From Thermodesulfobacteriota bacterium (lineage in GTDB: Bacteria > Desulfobacterota_D > UBA1144 > Nemesobacterales > Nemesobacteraceae): 64,000 nt of DNA. Numbering within the stretch: position 1 is the first letter of the stretch; every line of letters begins with the position of its first letter. The position numbers and the translations under genes were made by a program. Where the stretch lies: contig OZ245933.1 of assembly GCA_965229995.1 (NCBI GenBank), positions 1,040,792-1,104,791 on the forward strand, written 5' to 3'. Below, piece after piece: positions 38,229 to 47,740 of the stretch. A model generated the notes under the pieces. It was given only the letters and a program-made list of their open reading frames with translations. It searched no databases and was not told the origin of the DNA.

Positions 38229-38864
38229 TCAGCTCCTTATGTAGGTGCGCATGAAAAGTATTATCGCGAAAAGGATCGGGACAAGCAAAAACGCCTGGGA
38301 AATGAGTATTCCCTTAAGCCTGGTCATCTCGAATCCGTGCTCAATTACCAGGGTGTAGGAGGCGCCCTGTGAAGGGGCACCGGAAAAGGATTCGATTACG
38401 TAACTTGCGGGTTCTGGGTTTTCGAACTCAAAAATCTTCACTCCCTTTTTCCCCATGTAACTATATCTTTTTTGTGAATCCGGAACCTTGAGTTCAACAT
38501 TTTCCTCGCCCGAAACTTTTCTCAGATGAACAACTATCGAGCCGTCCTCAGCGGATTCACTGCTTGTTTTTTTCCCTTCGGAAACACTTTCGTACTGGTG
38601 GTAGATCGAATAAAGCCCCTCTTCTTCAAGCCCGAGGGAATGGCTTCCCGGGAAAGTATATTCGCTAAGCGTGGCGCCTAACCCACTGAAACTCCTCACG
38701 ACATTATAAAAGAAAAGACCCCCTCCGAGCAGAAGTACCACTATGCAGAAAATGTAGATTGTTTTTCTCTTTCTATATTCCATTGACCTTGTACCTTGTG
38801 TAAGAGTCCGCTTTCCGCGGATTTGAGATTCCCTAATTATACTGCGAAAAACTTCGAGAACCAC
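38229..38864 (-). CDS. hypothetical membrane protein (two TM helices flanking an extracytoplasmic domain)
   Basis: 211 aa frame. The likely true start is the internal Met [21 protein letters not shown] (about 38783). A C-terminal TM helix is also present. It ends 10 nt upstream of the exonuclease gene on the same strand. Confidence 0.45.
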   Translation of the reverse strand: MVLEVFRSIIRESQIRGKRTLTQGTRSMEYRKRKTIYIFCIVVLLLGGGLFFYNVVRSFSGLGATLSEYTFPGSHSLGLEEEGLYSIYHQYESVSEGKKTSSESAEDGSIVVHLRKVSGEENVELKVPDSQKRYSYMGKKGVKIFEFENPEPASYVIESFSGAPSQGASYTLVIEHGFEMTRLKGILISQAFLLVPILFAIILFMRTYIRS

Positions 38865-38982
38865 TACTCTTCTTCACTGCACCAGGAATTTTATTTTGGG
38901 GACGGATAAAATTTTGTTTGACAAAAGAACTTCGCTGTGGAATACTCCCGCAAATCTTAATTTTTTAGAGGTATATATTATT

Positions 38983-39186
38983 ATGCATGGAACAGTAAAA
39001 TGGTTTAATAGCTCTAAGGGCTATGGATTTATAACTTCCAATGATGTACAGGATGATGTTTTTGTTCATTACACCGCTATTGATGGTGATGGTTACAAGA
39101 GCCTCAATGAGGGTGACGAAGTGAGCTTTGAGATTATCCAAGGTAAAAAAGGCCCCACCGCAACCAACGTCATAAAGACTTCCTAG
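38983..39186 (+). CDS. cspA: cold-shock protein (CspA family)
   Basis: 67 aa. [18 protein letters not shown] (RNP1) and VFVHYTAI (RNP2). The ORF-track frame begins earlier at 38896, but the Csp fold starts at 38983. Confidence 0.9.
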   Translation: MHGTVKWFNSSKGYGFITSNDVQDDVFVHYTAIDGDGYKSLNEGDEVSFEIIQGKKGPTATNVIKTS

Positions 39187-39335
39187 GAAACTCTGAATCC
39201 GTTTGTTTCGGGTTCCCAGGAAAAATCTCTGTTTCTCAACTGACGGGACGATTGCGTTTGTGGTTTGAAAATATTCAAATCATGTACTAGTTTACAGTTT
39301 GAATATTTTACAATTCCAGATTCGCAAGGAAGGTA

Positions 39336-40490
39336 TTGATGATGGACTTGAGCAACCAGGAGATAACGAGGTACAGCAGGCACCTTATAATGCCCGAAGT
39401 CGGCATTGAGGGACAGAAGAAACTCAAGAACTCGAGGGTCCTGTGTATCGGCGCCGGAGGGCTTGGGTCTCCCCTTGCTCTTTACCTCGCAGCCGCGGGG
39501 GTTGGCACCTTGGGAATACTGGACTTTGACGTGGTGGATTTCAGCAACCTGCAAAGACAGGTGATCCACAGCGAAAAAACCGTAGGCAAGCCCAAGGTGG
39601 AATCCGCAAGAGACCGTCTTTTGGAGCTTAACTCCGATACCAATATCGTTACCTATAACGAAATGCTGAATTCAGGTAACGCCATGGAAATCATGAGGGA
39701 CTACGATGTGGTTGTTGACGGAACGGATAATTTCGCCACTAGGTATCTTACAAACGACGCCTGTGTTTTCCTAGGAATTCCGAACGTTTACGGAAGCATC
39801 TTCAGGTTCGAGGGCCAGGTAAGCGTGTTTGACGCGAAAAGAGGCCCCTGCTACAGGTGTCTCTATCCGGAGCCCCCTCCCCCGGAACTGGTGCCGAGTT
39901 GCGCCGAAGGAGGAGTGCTGGGAATACTGCCTGGAGTTGTGGGAACCATGCAGGCATCCGAGGTCGTAAAGCTTATAATCGGCAAGGGAACGCCGCTTAT
40001 AGGAAGACTTCTTTTTATTGACGTTCTCAACATGGAACCCAGGATACTTAAGTTTAGAAAAGATCCGGAGTGCCCAGTCTGCGGCGAGAATGCCACCGTA
40101 ACCGAACTCATAGACTATGAGGAGTTCTGCGGCATTGGAAGAGGCGAGGAAGCCAAAGAGGAAAAACCCTTGGTTGAAGAGATAACCGTTGAGGAGTTCA
40201 GCCTTATTAAGAAAAATAAGGCCGATATCATTCTAATCGACGTAAGGGAGCCCCATGAGTACGAGATATGCAGCATTGAGGGTTCAAGGCTTATTCCTCT
40301 GGGCGAACTCAAGGACAGAACGGACGAACTTGATCCCCGAGACGACATAGTCGTTCACTGCCACCACGGGGGAAGAAGCATAAAGGCCGCGACTTTCCTT
40401 GTCGAGCAGGGTTTCAGCAAGGTGAAGAATCTCAAAGGCGGCATAGACGAGTGGGCTGTTAAGTACGACTCGGATATGGCCAGGTACTGA
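39336..40490 (+). CDS. moeZ: ThiF/MoeB-family adenylyltransferase with C-terminal rhodanese domain (MoeZ-like)
   Basis: 384 aa. RYSRHLI..VG.EGQ.KL..S.VL..GAGGLGSP nucleotide-binding region, CxxC pairs, and a C-terminal rhodanese domain (HCHHGGRS). Confidence 0.8.
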   Translation: MMMDLSNQEITRYSRHLIMPEVGIEGQKKLKNSRVLCIGAGGLGSPLALYLAAAGVGTLGILDFDVVDFSNLQRQVIHSEKTVGKPKVESARDRLLELNSDTNIVTYNEMLNSGNAMEIMRDYDVVVDGTDNFATRYLTNDACVFLGIPNVYGSIFRFEGQVSVFDAKRGPCYRCLYPEPPPPELVPSCAEGGVLGILPGVVGTMQASEVVKLIIGKGTPLIGRLLFIDVLNMEPRILKFRKDPECPVCGENATVTELIDYEEFCGIGRGEEAKEEKPLVEEITVEEFSLIKKNKADIILIDVREPHEYEICSIEGSRLIPLGELKDRTDELDPRDDIVVHCHHGGRSIKAATFLVEQGFSKVKNLKGGIDEWAVKYDSDMARY

Positions 40491-40512
40491 GGATCCGAGG
40501 GTTACCGAAAGG

Positions 40513-40545
40513 GAGAAAAAAAGCGGACGCTTTTTTCTCTGGGCG
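40513..40545. terminator. putative bidirectional terminator-like hairpin (A-tract / GC core / T-tract)
   Basis: GAGAAAAAAAGCGGACGCTTTTTTCTC lies between the moeZ stop and the 3' end of the minus-strand tRNA-Leu. The stem is AT-rich and weak. Confidence 0.3.
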
Positions 40546-40623
40546 GAGAGGGAATCGAACCCTCACGGGCCGAAGCCCAACGGCTTTTGAGGCCGTCGCG
40601 TCTACCTATTCCGCCACCCGCCC
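40541..40623 (-). tRNA. tRNA-Leu (anticodon CAA)
   Basis: Reverse complement GGGCGGGTGGCGGAATAGGTAGACGCGACGGCCTCAAAAGCCGTTGGGCTTCGGCCCGTGAGGGTTCGATTCCCTCTCCGCCCA. Long variable arm, anticodon loop CUCAAAA. Confidence 0.85.
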
Positions 40624-40672
40624 TTAAGATAGGGGACTATTATTCTCGCTAAACCCGGAGAAATCAACAGGA

Positions 40673-41209
40673 TCACTCCGCTAGAAAGTAAAACCCGAAC
40701 GCCGCTATCACTATGCAGTGGTCTATGGTCCCTTCCCTTATGTATCGTTTTATTTCCTGCGGAGCAACAAGCAGAGTCTCTATGTCTTCAGTAGCGTCAA
40801 ATGAGGGTTCTGACGTCCGCTCGCAGTCAGAGGCCAGGAAGGTAAAACAGGAGTTTGACATGATGGCCGGATTCGGCCTGACGCACCCTATCTGCTCCCA
40901 CTGGGAAGAAGTGAATCCCGTTTCTTCAAGCAGTTCCCTGCGCGCGCACTGAACAGGACTTTCTCCCGGGTCGACCATTCCACCCGGAATCTCAAGAGTG
41001 ATCTCTCCGGTGCCGTGGCGAAACTGTTTTATCAAAACAATTTCACCGGCGTGAGTAACGCCAAGAATGTTAACCCAGTCTGGGGCGTCTATTACGTAGA
41101 AGTCATGGACGGCGCCGTCTTTGGGCGATACACTGTTTTTCTTTTTCGTTGAGAAAATTCTGTAATCGTTAAGCGGAGTGCTTTTTTGAAGCTTCCATTT
41201 TTTTGGCAT
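40673..41209 (-). CDS. NUDIX hydrolase
   Basis: 178 aa. Nudix box GGMVDPGESPVQCARRELLEETG (GX5EX7REUXEEXGU). Confidence 0.8.
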   Translation of the reverse strand: MPKKWKLQKSTPLNDYRIFSTKKKNSVSPKDGAVHDFYVIDAPDWVNILGVTHAGEIVLIKQFRHGTGEITLEIPGGMVDPGESPVQCARRELLEETGFTSSQWEQIGCVRPNPAIMSNSCFTFLASDCERTSEPSFDATEDIETLLVAPQEIKRYIREGTIDHCIVIAAFGFYFLAE

Positions 41210-41332
41210 TTTGATATTTTAATAAACCCGATTCTCTTGTTAAACTAGAAGGGGTTTTTCACAAACCGAGGAAATTGTTTATAAAACTCCCGAAAGAATA
41301 ATCCGCGGAGCGTACTAGAACAACAAATATGG

Positions 41333-41424
41333 GGAGAGATGACCGAGTGGCCGAAGGTGCACGCCTGGAAAGCGTGTAGGGGGTTTACGCTCCCTCGTGG
41401 GTTCGAATCCCACTCTCTCCGCCA
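41333..41424 (+). tRNA. tRNA-Ser (anticodon GGA)
   Basis: GGAGAGATGACCGAGTGGCCGAAGGTGCACGCCTGGAAAGCGTG...GTGGGTTCGAATCCCACTCTCTCCGCCA. Long variable arm, anticodon loop CUGGAAA. Confidence 0.85.
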
Positions 41425-41447
41425 GATTTAGTTGGTTCCAAGCACAA

Positions 41448-41801
41448 TTATTTCAGAAGTTCTATCTTGTCTTCAAGATTCGGCACAAGACACAAAAATT
41501 CAAAAGGCTCGTCGCCCTGAACCTCATACCAGTGGGGCACCCCCGCAGGAATAAAGACTACGTCATCTTTCTCGACGTTATGCACTTCGTCTCCAATTCC
41601 AATCTGCGCCCTGCCGCCAAGCACGTACTGTTCATGCTCAACGGCGTTGGTATGAGCGGGGATATCGCCTCCGGGCTGCATAACAAATTTTCTCATCGCG
41701 AAGTTCGGACCTTGCTCCGGACTGATTAGAATCTGCCTTGAAGTGCCCTGCCCTGCTCCGATAACCGTGCTTTCCACGTCCTTAACCTTTTTTACGTACA
41801 T
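41448..41801 (-). CDS. cupin-domain protein (paralog 1)
   Basis: 117 aa small-barrel cupin (PAHTNAVEHEQYVLGG ... VVFIPAGVPHWYE). About 65% identical to the ORF at 46875..47228. Confidence 0.65.
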   Translation of the reverse strand: MYVKKVKDVESTVIGAGQGTSRQILISPEQGPNFAMRKFVMQPGGDIPAHTNAVEHEQYVLGGRAQIGIGDEVHNVEKDDVVFIPAGVPHWYEVQGDEPFEFLCLVPNLEDKIELLK

Positions 41802-42129
41802 GCTAGTAGTGTAACACAGAAAAGATGAATTATTCTATAAATACTTAGGGGATTACATGCACTGCCAGTCAACCTCGAGGGGTGGAGATTGGCCTTTCTT
41901 GTCTTTCTCAATGGGTTTCTTAGGCTCAGAGTTCTCGACAAAGAATGACTTGACCACATCACCCGTCGTTGCGTCTATCGGTTCTATGAATTTCGGTTTC
42001 CCGCCAAATAAAAATAATAAGATGCTCCAGAACAACTTCACAGTCTGAATCAACTTGTTAAAAAATCGGTTGATATAAATCTCCACTCCTAATATCATGG
42101 AAAAATGAGCATAAGCAGGAGGTCTTAGA

Positions 42130-43494
42130 ATGACGAAAGCAACACGGGTGCCGGGACAATATATGTACAATCTGATCTTAAGCATTGTAATTCTGCTCTT
42201 CGCTTCTCCGCTGGCGTTTGCCGACGAGGCAGCCGATGAGAACGAAGCTTTAAGGGAACGTATCGAATATCTGGAGCGGGAGTTGGAGAAGGCCCGTGAA
42301 AAGCTTGCGGAGTCGGAACCGCAGGCCGCTTCCTACGAACCGGCGGAACCGAAAAAAAGTCCGATCAGAATCGGCGGCGCCATGCGCGCGAACCACGCCT
42401 ACGGCGATTACTCCGGGCGCGGGGGCGAGAATATCGGAGACTCCGGCTTTGAACTCTTACGCCTTAACGTCGATCTCGACTACGGCAACGTTATAGGCAG
42501 AGCCGAATACCGGTATTACGACAAATACAGCATGATGCACACGGCGTGGCTCGGATACAGGTCGGACGATTACGGTACCCTAAAGGCGGGCATCGTCCGC
42601 GTTCCTTTCGGACCGGGACCCTACGGCGTTTCCAACAGCTGGTTTTTCGACCAGCATTATTACGTCGGTCTTGCCGACGACATGGACCTGGGGGTCAGGT
42701 GGACGAAACCCTTCGGTGACCTGACGGTTGACTTGGCCTACTATCTTGAGGACGAAGGACACTGGGACGGAAGCAGCCGCGACAGCGCCCGATACAGTTA
42801 TGATCCCGTGAAGTGGAACAGCGAAGTCTCGTCAGAAGGGGATGTTAATGACAAATTCGGGGAAAACGGCTTTGAGGAAAAGCACCAGTTCAACCTGCGC
42901 CTTATCTACGCGACCGAAAGCATCGGAGATATGGGAATGTCCTTTCAGTACGGCAAGCTTGAGGGAACGAACATGGATGACTCCGGCGCCGACCACCTCG
43001 CCGTCTCCGCCCACGCGGTGACCCCGCTTCGGGATTTCACGCTTTTTTCCCAGGTCTCGTACTACAGGTACGACATCACGGACGATACTCCCTGGGGAAC
43101 CGGCGACCTTATCCCGATGGGAGCGTTTAACTTCGCCTGGCCCGTGGCGTCTGAGGCGTGGGTGCCCGCCGTTTCGCTCAGGTACAACGGCATAAATACC
43201 TCGAATATCTCGTGGCTTGACAGCGTCACGCCCTACATCGAGTGGAGTTCCATCCTTAAAGACAGAGACGATTTTAACAACAGCTCCCTTTGGGTTTTCG
43301 GCGCTCTTTGGTACTGGGCCAAACTGTATATTTACACGGACTTTGCGGTTTCAGACGGCAACAACTTCGTTGGTAACGAAGGAGATAACTACAGCAGCAT
43401 CTATGGAATCAACAACTTCGGCGCCAACGGAAACAACAGGTGGCATAAGCGATTTAACGTCAATGTAGGCTACTATTTCAATCTTTACGAATAA
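42130..43494 (+). CDS. outer-membrane porin-like protein with N-terminal coiled-coil segment
   Basis: 454 aa. AGGAGG sits 6 nt upstream of the ATG. Signal peptide ...LLFASPLAFA|DE, an acidic coiled-coil stretch, then a long region rich in alternating aromatic/Gly/Asn beta-strand-like segments ending YYFNLYE. Confidence 0.5.
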   Translation: MTKATRVPGQYMYNLILSIVILLFASPLAFADEAADENEALRERIEYLERELEKAREKLAESEPQAASYEPAEPKKSPIRIGGAMRANHAYGDYSGRGGENIGDSGFELLRLNVDLDYGNVIGRAEYRYYDKYSMMHTAWLGYRSDDYGTLKAGIVRVPFGPGPYGVSNSWFFDQHYYVGLADDMDLGVRWTKPFGDLTVDLAYYLEDEGHWDGSSRDSARYSYDPVKWNSEVSSEGDVNDKFGENGFEEKHQFNLRLIYATESIGDMGMSFQYGKLEGTNMDDSGADHLAVSAHAVTPLRDFTLFSQVSYYRYDITDDTPWGTGDLIPMGAFNFAWPVASEAWVPAVSLRYNGINTSNISWLDSVTPYIEWSSILKDRDDFNNSSLWVFGALWYWAKLYIYTDFAVSDGNNFVGNEGDNYSSIYGINNFGANGNNRWHKRFNVNVGYYFNLYE

Positions 43495-43520
43495 AAGGCT
43501 AAAGACGGGAGGAATCATAA

Positions 43521-45059
43521 ATGGAAAACAGTAGCGGCCGCCCCGCCGGGCAGGACAATATTCAGATATTCGGTCTTGATATAAACGCTCCGGTATTCGC
43601 GGCTTCCGGAATCATCACGCTCGCTTTCATAGTCGGGGCGCTGATTTTCCAGGACAGAGCGACGGAAGTGCTGGGGACTTTCCGCGTATGGATTACCACC
43701 CAGTTTGACTGGCTTTTCATGAGCGCCTGCAATATATGCGCGCTGTTCTGCTTCTTTCTGATTTTATCTCCGTTCGGCAAAGTGCGCCTCGGCGGTCCGG
43801 ATGCGGTCCCCAAATACTCCAGGATCACGTGGTTCTCCATGATCTTTACGGCAGGAGTCGCCATCGGCCTGCTGTTCTACGGCGTGCTGGAACCGGTCTA
43901 TTATTTCCAGAATCCCCCTCTGGGAATCGATCCCTCAGATACCAAGGCGCTTCAAGCCATCAGCATATCCGCGGCAACCTTCCACTGGGGACTGTCTGCG
44001 TGGGCATTTTACGCAACCGCGGGCCTCGGCCTCGCGTTTTTCTGCTACAACAGGGGACTGCCTCTCACGATCCGCTCTGCATTCTACCCCCTTCTCGGCG
44101 AACGCGTATGGGGCTGGAGCGGACATCTTATAGATACGCTTGCCATATTCGCCACATTGTTCGGCCTCGCCACCTCGCTCGGCCTCGGCGCAAAGCAGTC
44201 CGTAGCCGGCCTCAACTATCTGTTCGGAATTCCGGCAACCGACTTGACCCAGGTGGTGTTTATAATCCTGACTACTTTCTTTGCCACTCTTTCGGTGCTG
44301 AGCGGACTGGACGTGGGTATCAAACGCCTGAGCCAGTTCAACATCGCGCTTGCCTTGCTGCTGCTGCTGTTTGTTCTCATAGTGGGACCGACGCAGTATA
44401 TATTTCACAGCCTCTTTGCAGGACTTGCGGACTATTTCGTCAAGGTTGTGCCTCTGAGCAACTGGGTAGGCAGAGAGGATACGGATTTTCTGCACGGCTG
44501 GACAACTTTTTACTGGGCCTGGTGGATTTCATGGACGCCGTTTGTCGGAATGTTCATCGCCCGTATCTCAAGGGGGCGTACCATCCGTGAATTTCTTATC
44601 TGTGTCCTTGTTCTGCCAGCACTGTGCTCTCTGCTGTGGATGAGTGTTTTCGGCGGCACAGCCATCCACCAGCTGCTCTTTGAAGGCTACACGGGCGTGT
44701 CCCAGATAGTTACGGAGTGGAAGCCGGAGCTTGCGCTGTTCAAAATGCTTGAGCAGCTGCCTATGACACAATTGGCTTCCTTTGCCAGCGTCGTTCTTCT
44801 TGTAATCTTCTTCATTACGTCATCGGATTCCGCTTCGCTTGTCATCGACATCACGTCGGCCGGCGGGAAGCTGGAACCTCCCGCGGTCCAGCGCGTGTTC
44901 TGGTGCAGCCTGGAAGGTGCAGTCGCCATCGCCCTGCTTCTTGGCGGAGGTCTGAAATCATTGCAGGCGGCCTCACTCATAGCCGGACTTCCGTTTTCGA
45001 TTCTGCTTATCCTGATGACGGTCAGCATATGGAAGGGAATCAGAAGCGAGCCCCGCTGA
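43521..45059 (+). CDS. BCCT-family (betaine/carnitine/choline-type) transporter, paralog 1
   Basis: 512 aa, about 12 TM helices, with the BCCT signature WTTFYWAWWISWTPFVGMFIARISRGRTIREF. Confidence 0.8.
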   Translation: MENSSGRPAGQDNIQIFGLDINAPVFAASGIITLAFIVGALIFQDRATEVLGTFRVWITTQFDWLFMSACNICALFCFFLILSPFGKVRLGGPDAVPKYSRITWFSMIFTAGVAIGLLFYGVLEPVYYFQNPPLGIDPSDTKALQAISISAATFHWGLSAWAFYATAGLGLAFFCYNRGLPLTIRSAFYPLLGERVWGWSGHLIDTLAIFATLFGLATSLGLGAKQSVAGLNYLFGIPATDLTQVVFIILTTFFATLSVLSGLDVGIKRLSQFNIALALLLLLFVLIVGPTQYIFHSLFAGLADYFVKVVPLSNWVGREDTDFLHGWTTFYWAWWISWTPFVGMFIARISRGRTIREFLICVLVLPALCSLLWMSVFGGTAIHQLLFEGYTGVSQIVTEWKPELALFKMLEQLPMTQLASFASVVLLVIFFITSSDSASLVIDITSAGGKLEPPAVQRVFWCSLEGAVAIALLLGGGLKSLQAASLIAGLPFSILLILMTVSIWKGIRSEPR

Positions 45060-45118
45060 TCCGGATACAGACGGACTTTTCAATGCGAATGTGGTAGCTT
45101 AACGTCGGCTTCCTTTAA

Positions 45119-46735
45119 ATGAAAGAAGAAGAAAAACCGGCGCGGGGATCAAAGATTTACAAGAAGCGCTCCTACTGGCGCGGGTGGGATAATGTCAAGA
45201 TATTCGGGTTTGACTTTCACGCCCGGGTATTCCTGATTTCCGCGGCCGTGATCATTACATTCGTTCTCGCGGGGACAATGTTTCAGGAGCAAACGGCCGA
45301 GATCCTCGTAAACGCCCACCACTGGGTCGTCACCCGATTCTACTGGTGGTTCATGACCGCCGCCAACATCATATTGCTTTTCTGCCTACTGCTGATGGTC
45401 TCCCCGCTCGCCAAAGTGCGCCTGGGAGGCAGGGACGCAAAGCCGGATTACTCGTACGTAAGCTGGTTCGCCATGATCTTCGGGGCGTCTGTAAGCGTTG
45501 GATTCCTGTTTTTCGGCGTCGTGGAGCCAGTATATCATTTCCAGAATCCGCCACTCGGCGTTGACCCTTCCGACACTGAAACAGCTTTTGCCATAGGCAT
45601 GGCGGGAGCTATTTTTCACTGGGGACTCCACGGATGGGCGTTATTCGCCATCATGGGTCTGTCCATGGCCCTGTTTTCCTACAATATGGGCATGCCGTTT
45701 TCCATCCGCTCGGTGTTCTATCCCGTCTTCGGCAACCGCGTGTGGGGCTGGACCGGGCACCTGATCGAAACGCTGGTGGTATTCTGCACCCTGTTCGCCC
45801 TGGCGGTCTCAATCGGCCTGGGAGCTGAGCAGATAACCGGCGGCCTTGATTACCTTTTCTCATTTCCGCCGACCGGACTGTCCAAGGTGGTGCTGGTCGC
45901 ACTGGTGGTGGCGACGGCGATGATAGCTCTGCTGACCGGGATCAATTCCGGAATCGGTCGCCTGAGTCGGGTCAACTTAACCCTCGCGGTGTCACTGATG
46001 CTGTTTGTCGCCGCGGCCGGGCCGACAGCTGACATACTCCGCCACTGCCTGGTCTCATTTGCTACTTATATCGTCAGCATAATATCCTTCAGCGGCTGGA
46101 CAGGCCGCGAAGATACGGATTTTCTGCACAACTGGACCATATTTTACTGGGCCTGGTGGTTCTGCTACGCGCCGTTTGTCGGAATGTTCATCGCCCGCAT
46201 TTCAAGAGGCAGAACCGTGCGCGAGTTTCTGTTTTTCGTGCTTATACTGCCGACTCTTGTCTGCGTGCTGTGGATGAACGCTTTCGGAGGCACAGCAGTT
46301 CACCAGTTCCTCGCCGAAGGTTACACGGGGGTGACTGAAACGGTCGCTGCGGGGCGCCACGAACTCGCTCTGTTCAAACTGCTGGAGACGTTTCCGCAGG
46401 CAGAGGCGCTCTGCTTAGTCAGTATCGTCTTGCTGTTTTCCTTTCTTGTCGTCTCGCTGGATTCCGGTTCCCTGGCCATTGACTCCATAACGGCCGGAGG
46501 AAAGCTCAATGCGCCGGTACGCCAACGCGAGTTCTGGTGCGTTATAGGGGGACTGATCCCCGCTGTGCTGCTGCTCGCAGGTGGACTGGGATCGTTTCAG
46601 GCTGCAGTCATCGTGGCGAGCTTCCCGTTGTCCATTCTATTCGTAGTGATACTCTTCAGTGTCTGGATAGGACTTCGCCGAGAGTTACGCCGCCTGCGCA
46701 CTCCAATGCAAACACCCCGAAAAAATGCTGGTTGA
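45119..46735 (+). CDS. BCCT-family transporter, paralog 2
   Basis: 538 aa. Signature WTIFYWAWWFCYAPFVGMFIARISRGRTVREF. About 60% identical to the upstream paralog. Confidence 0.8.
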   Translation: MKEEEKPARGSKIYKKRSYWRGWDNVKIFGFDFHARVFLISAAVIITFVLAGTMFQEQTAEILVNAHHWVVTRFYWWFMTAANIILLFCLLLMVSPLAKVRLGGRDAKPDYSYVSWFAMIFGASVSVGFLFFGVVEPVYHFQNPPLGVDPSDTETAFAIGMAGAIFHWGLHGWALFAIMGLSMALFSYNMGMPFSIRSVFYPVFGNRVWGWTGHLIETLVVFCTLFALAVSIGLGAEQITGGLDYLFSFPPTGLSKVVLVALVVATAMIALLTGINSGIGRLSRVNLTLAVSLMLFVAAAGPTADILRHCLVSFATYIVSIISFSGWTGREDTDFLHNWTIFYWAWWFCYAPFVGMFIARISRGRTVREFLFFVLILPTLVCVLWMNAFGGTAVHQFLAEGYTGVTETVAAGRHELALFKLLETFPQAEALCLVSIVLLFSFLVVSLDSGSLAIDSITAGGKLNAPVRQREFWCVIGGLIPAVLLLAGGLGSFQAAVIVASFPLSILFVVILFSVWIGLRRELRRLRTPMQTPRKNAG

Positions 46736-46874
46736 ATCGGAAACCAGTCTGAAGCCTGATAGCTAAGAACTCAGGATTATCTGGAAGACCGTCTGAGACG
46801 GGCAGAGCTCAAACCACGGCTCCCAAGACTATAACAACAGATGTTGTAATACTGCTAGCTGTTTTCCGGTGCGG

Positions 46875-47228
46875 CTATTTTATGAAAACCATCTTGTTGT
46901 CACTGTTCGGCACAACGGACAGAAGCTCAAAAGGCTCCTCTCCATAGGCCTCATACCAATGCGGCTCTCCGGGGGGAATAAAAACCACGTCGCCCTTTTC
47001 AACTTCATAAACCTGATCCCCGATTCCAACCCTGGCCCTGCCGCCGAGCACGTACTGCTCGTGCTCAGCACCGCTTGTATGAGCGGGAATACCACCCCTG
47101 GGTTCGATGACAAGCTTTCTCATCGCAAAATTCGGACCCTCCTCGGGACCTATGAGCATCTGTCTTGAAACGCCGCTGCCCGCCTCCACAACCACGCTTT
47201 CTATATCGTCAATCTTTTTTACATGCAT
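46875..47228 (-). CDS. cupin-domain protein (paralog 2)
   Basis: 117 aa, colinear with the 41448..41801 protein (PAHTSGAEHEQYVLGG ... VVFIPPGEPHWYE). Confidence 0.65.
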   Translation of the reverse strand: MHVKKIDDIESVVVEAGSGVSRQMLIGPEEGPNFAMRKLVIEPRGGIPAHTSGAEHEQYVLGGRARVGIGDQVYEVEKGDVVFIPPGEPHWYEAYGEEPFELLSVVPNSDNKMVFIK

Positions 47229-47397
47229 ACGCTTTTACCCCCAACCAGCAAATATCTTTAAACTCATTTTATAGACTCTACGCCATTTAATACAACAAAT
47301 TATAAACTAACTGTTAAGATCATATGTATCGTTAGTTTACCCCGAGTGAAGACACCCTTAACGGGAAAGAAGAAAGCTTTGGTCCCAAAGGAATTCA

Positions 47398-47509
47398 TCC
47401 CGATCGGGAGCATTTCTTCATGGAATCTTTTTTAACACGAGAAATAGTCCCGAAAGGGATGATTTCATTGTATTCACCTTGTTTTATGATAAGATAATCC
47501 CGAAAGGGA
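47398..47509. promoter_or_regulatory. three TCCC-N4-GGGA palindromes spaced exactly 50 bp apart upstream of hipB (candidate HipB operators)
   Basis: TCCCGATCGGGA at 47398-47409, TCCCGAAAGGGA at 47448-47459, and TCCCGAAAGGGA at 47498-47509. The last two sit inside a 20 bp direct repeat (A/G)TCCCGAAAGGGATGATTT. The hipB ATG is at 47516. Confidence 0.5.
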
Positions 47510-47515
47510 TGATTT

Positions 47516-47740
47516 ATGAAGTTGCTTATCAAAAATGTGAAACAACTTAGCGAGACCATACGCAAAGTCAGAAAAGATCAGGGGCTAACTCAGAAACAAC
47601 TCGCGGCCGCCTGCGGAGTCGGAACAAGATTTGTTCGCGAACTTGAGTCGGGGAAGGAGTCATGTCACCTCGGCAAATCCCTGAGAGTGGCAAGGATGCT
47701 GGGTATGGACATATCGATTGAAGGACATGGGGACCCATGA
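47516..47740 (+). CDS. hipB: HipB-like XRE-family HTH antitoxin
   Basis: 74 aa. HTH LTQKQLAAACGVGTRFVRELESGK. Its stop overlaps the hipA start (ATGA). Confidence 0.75.
   Translation: MKLLIKNVKQLSETIRKVRKDQGLTQKQLAAACGVGTRFVRELESGKESCHLGKSLRVARMLGMDISIEGHGDP

Noticed and set aside
40513-40545. Considered calling a strong rho-independent terminator after moeZ.
   Set aside because: The hairpin is mostly A-T pairs with a 2-3 bp GC core. It is kept only as a low-confidence terminator-like element.
41853-42185. 110 aa minus-strand ORF between cupin 1 and the porin gene.
   Set aside because: It overlaps the porin start and RBS, lies in an AT-rich promoter region, and has low-complexity hydrophobic content with no motif. 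Likely spurious.
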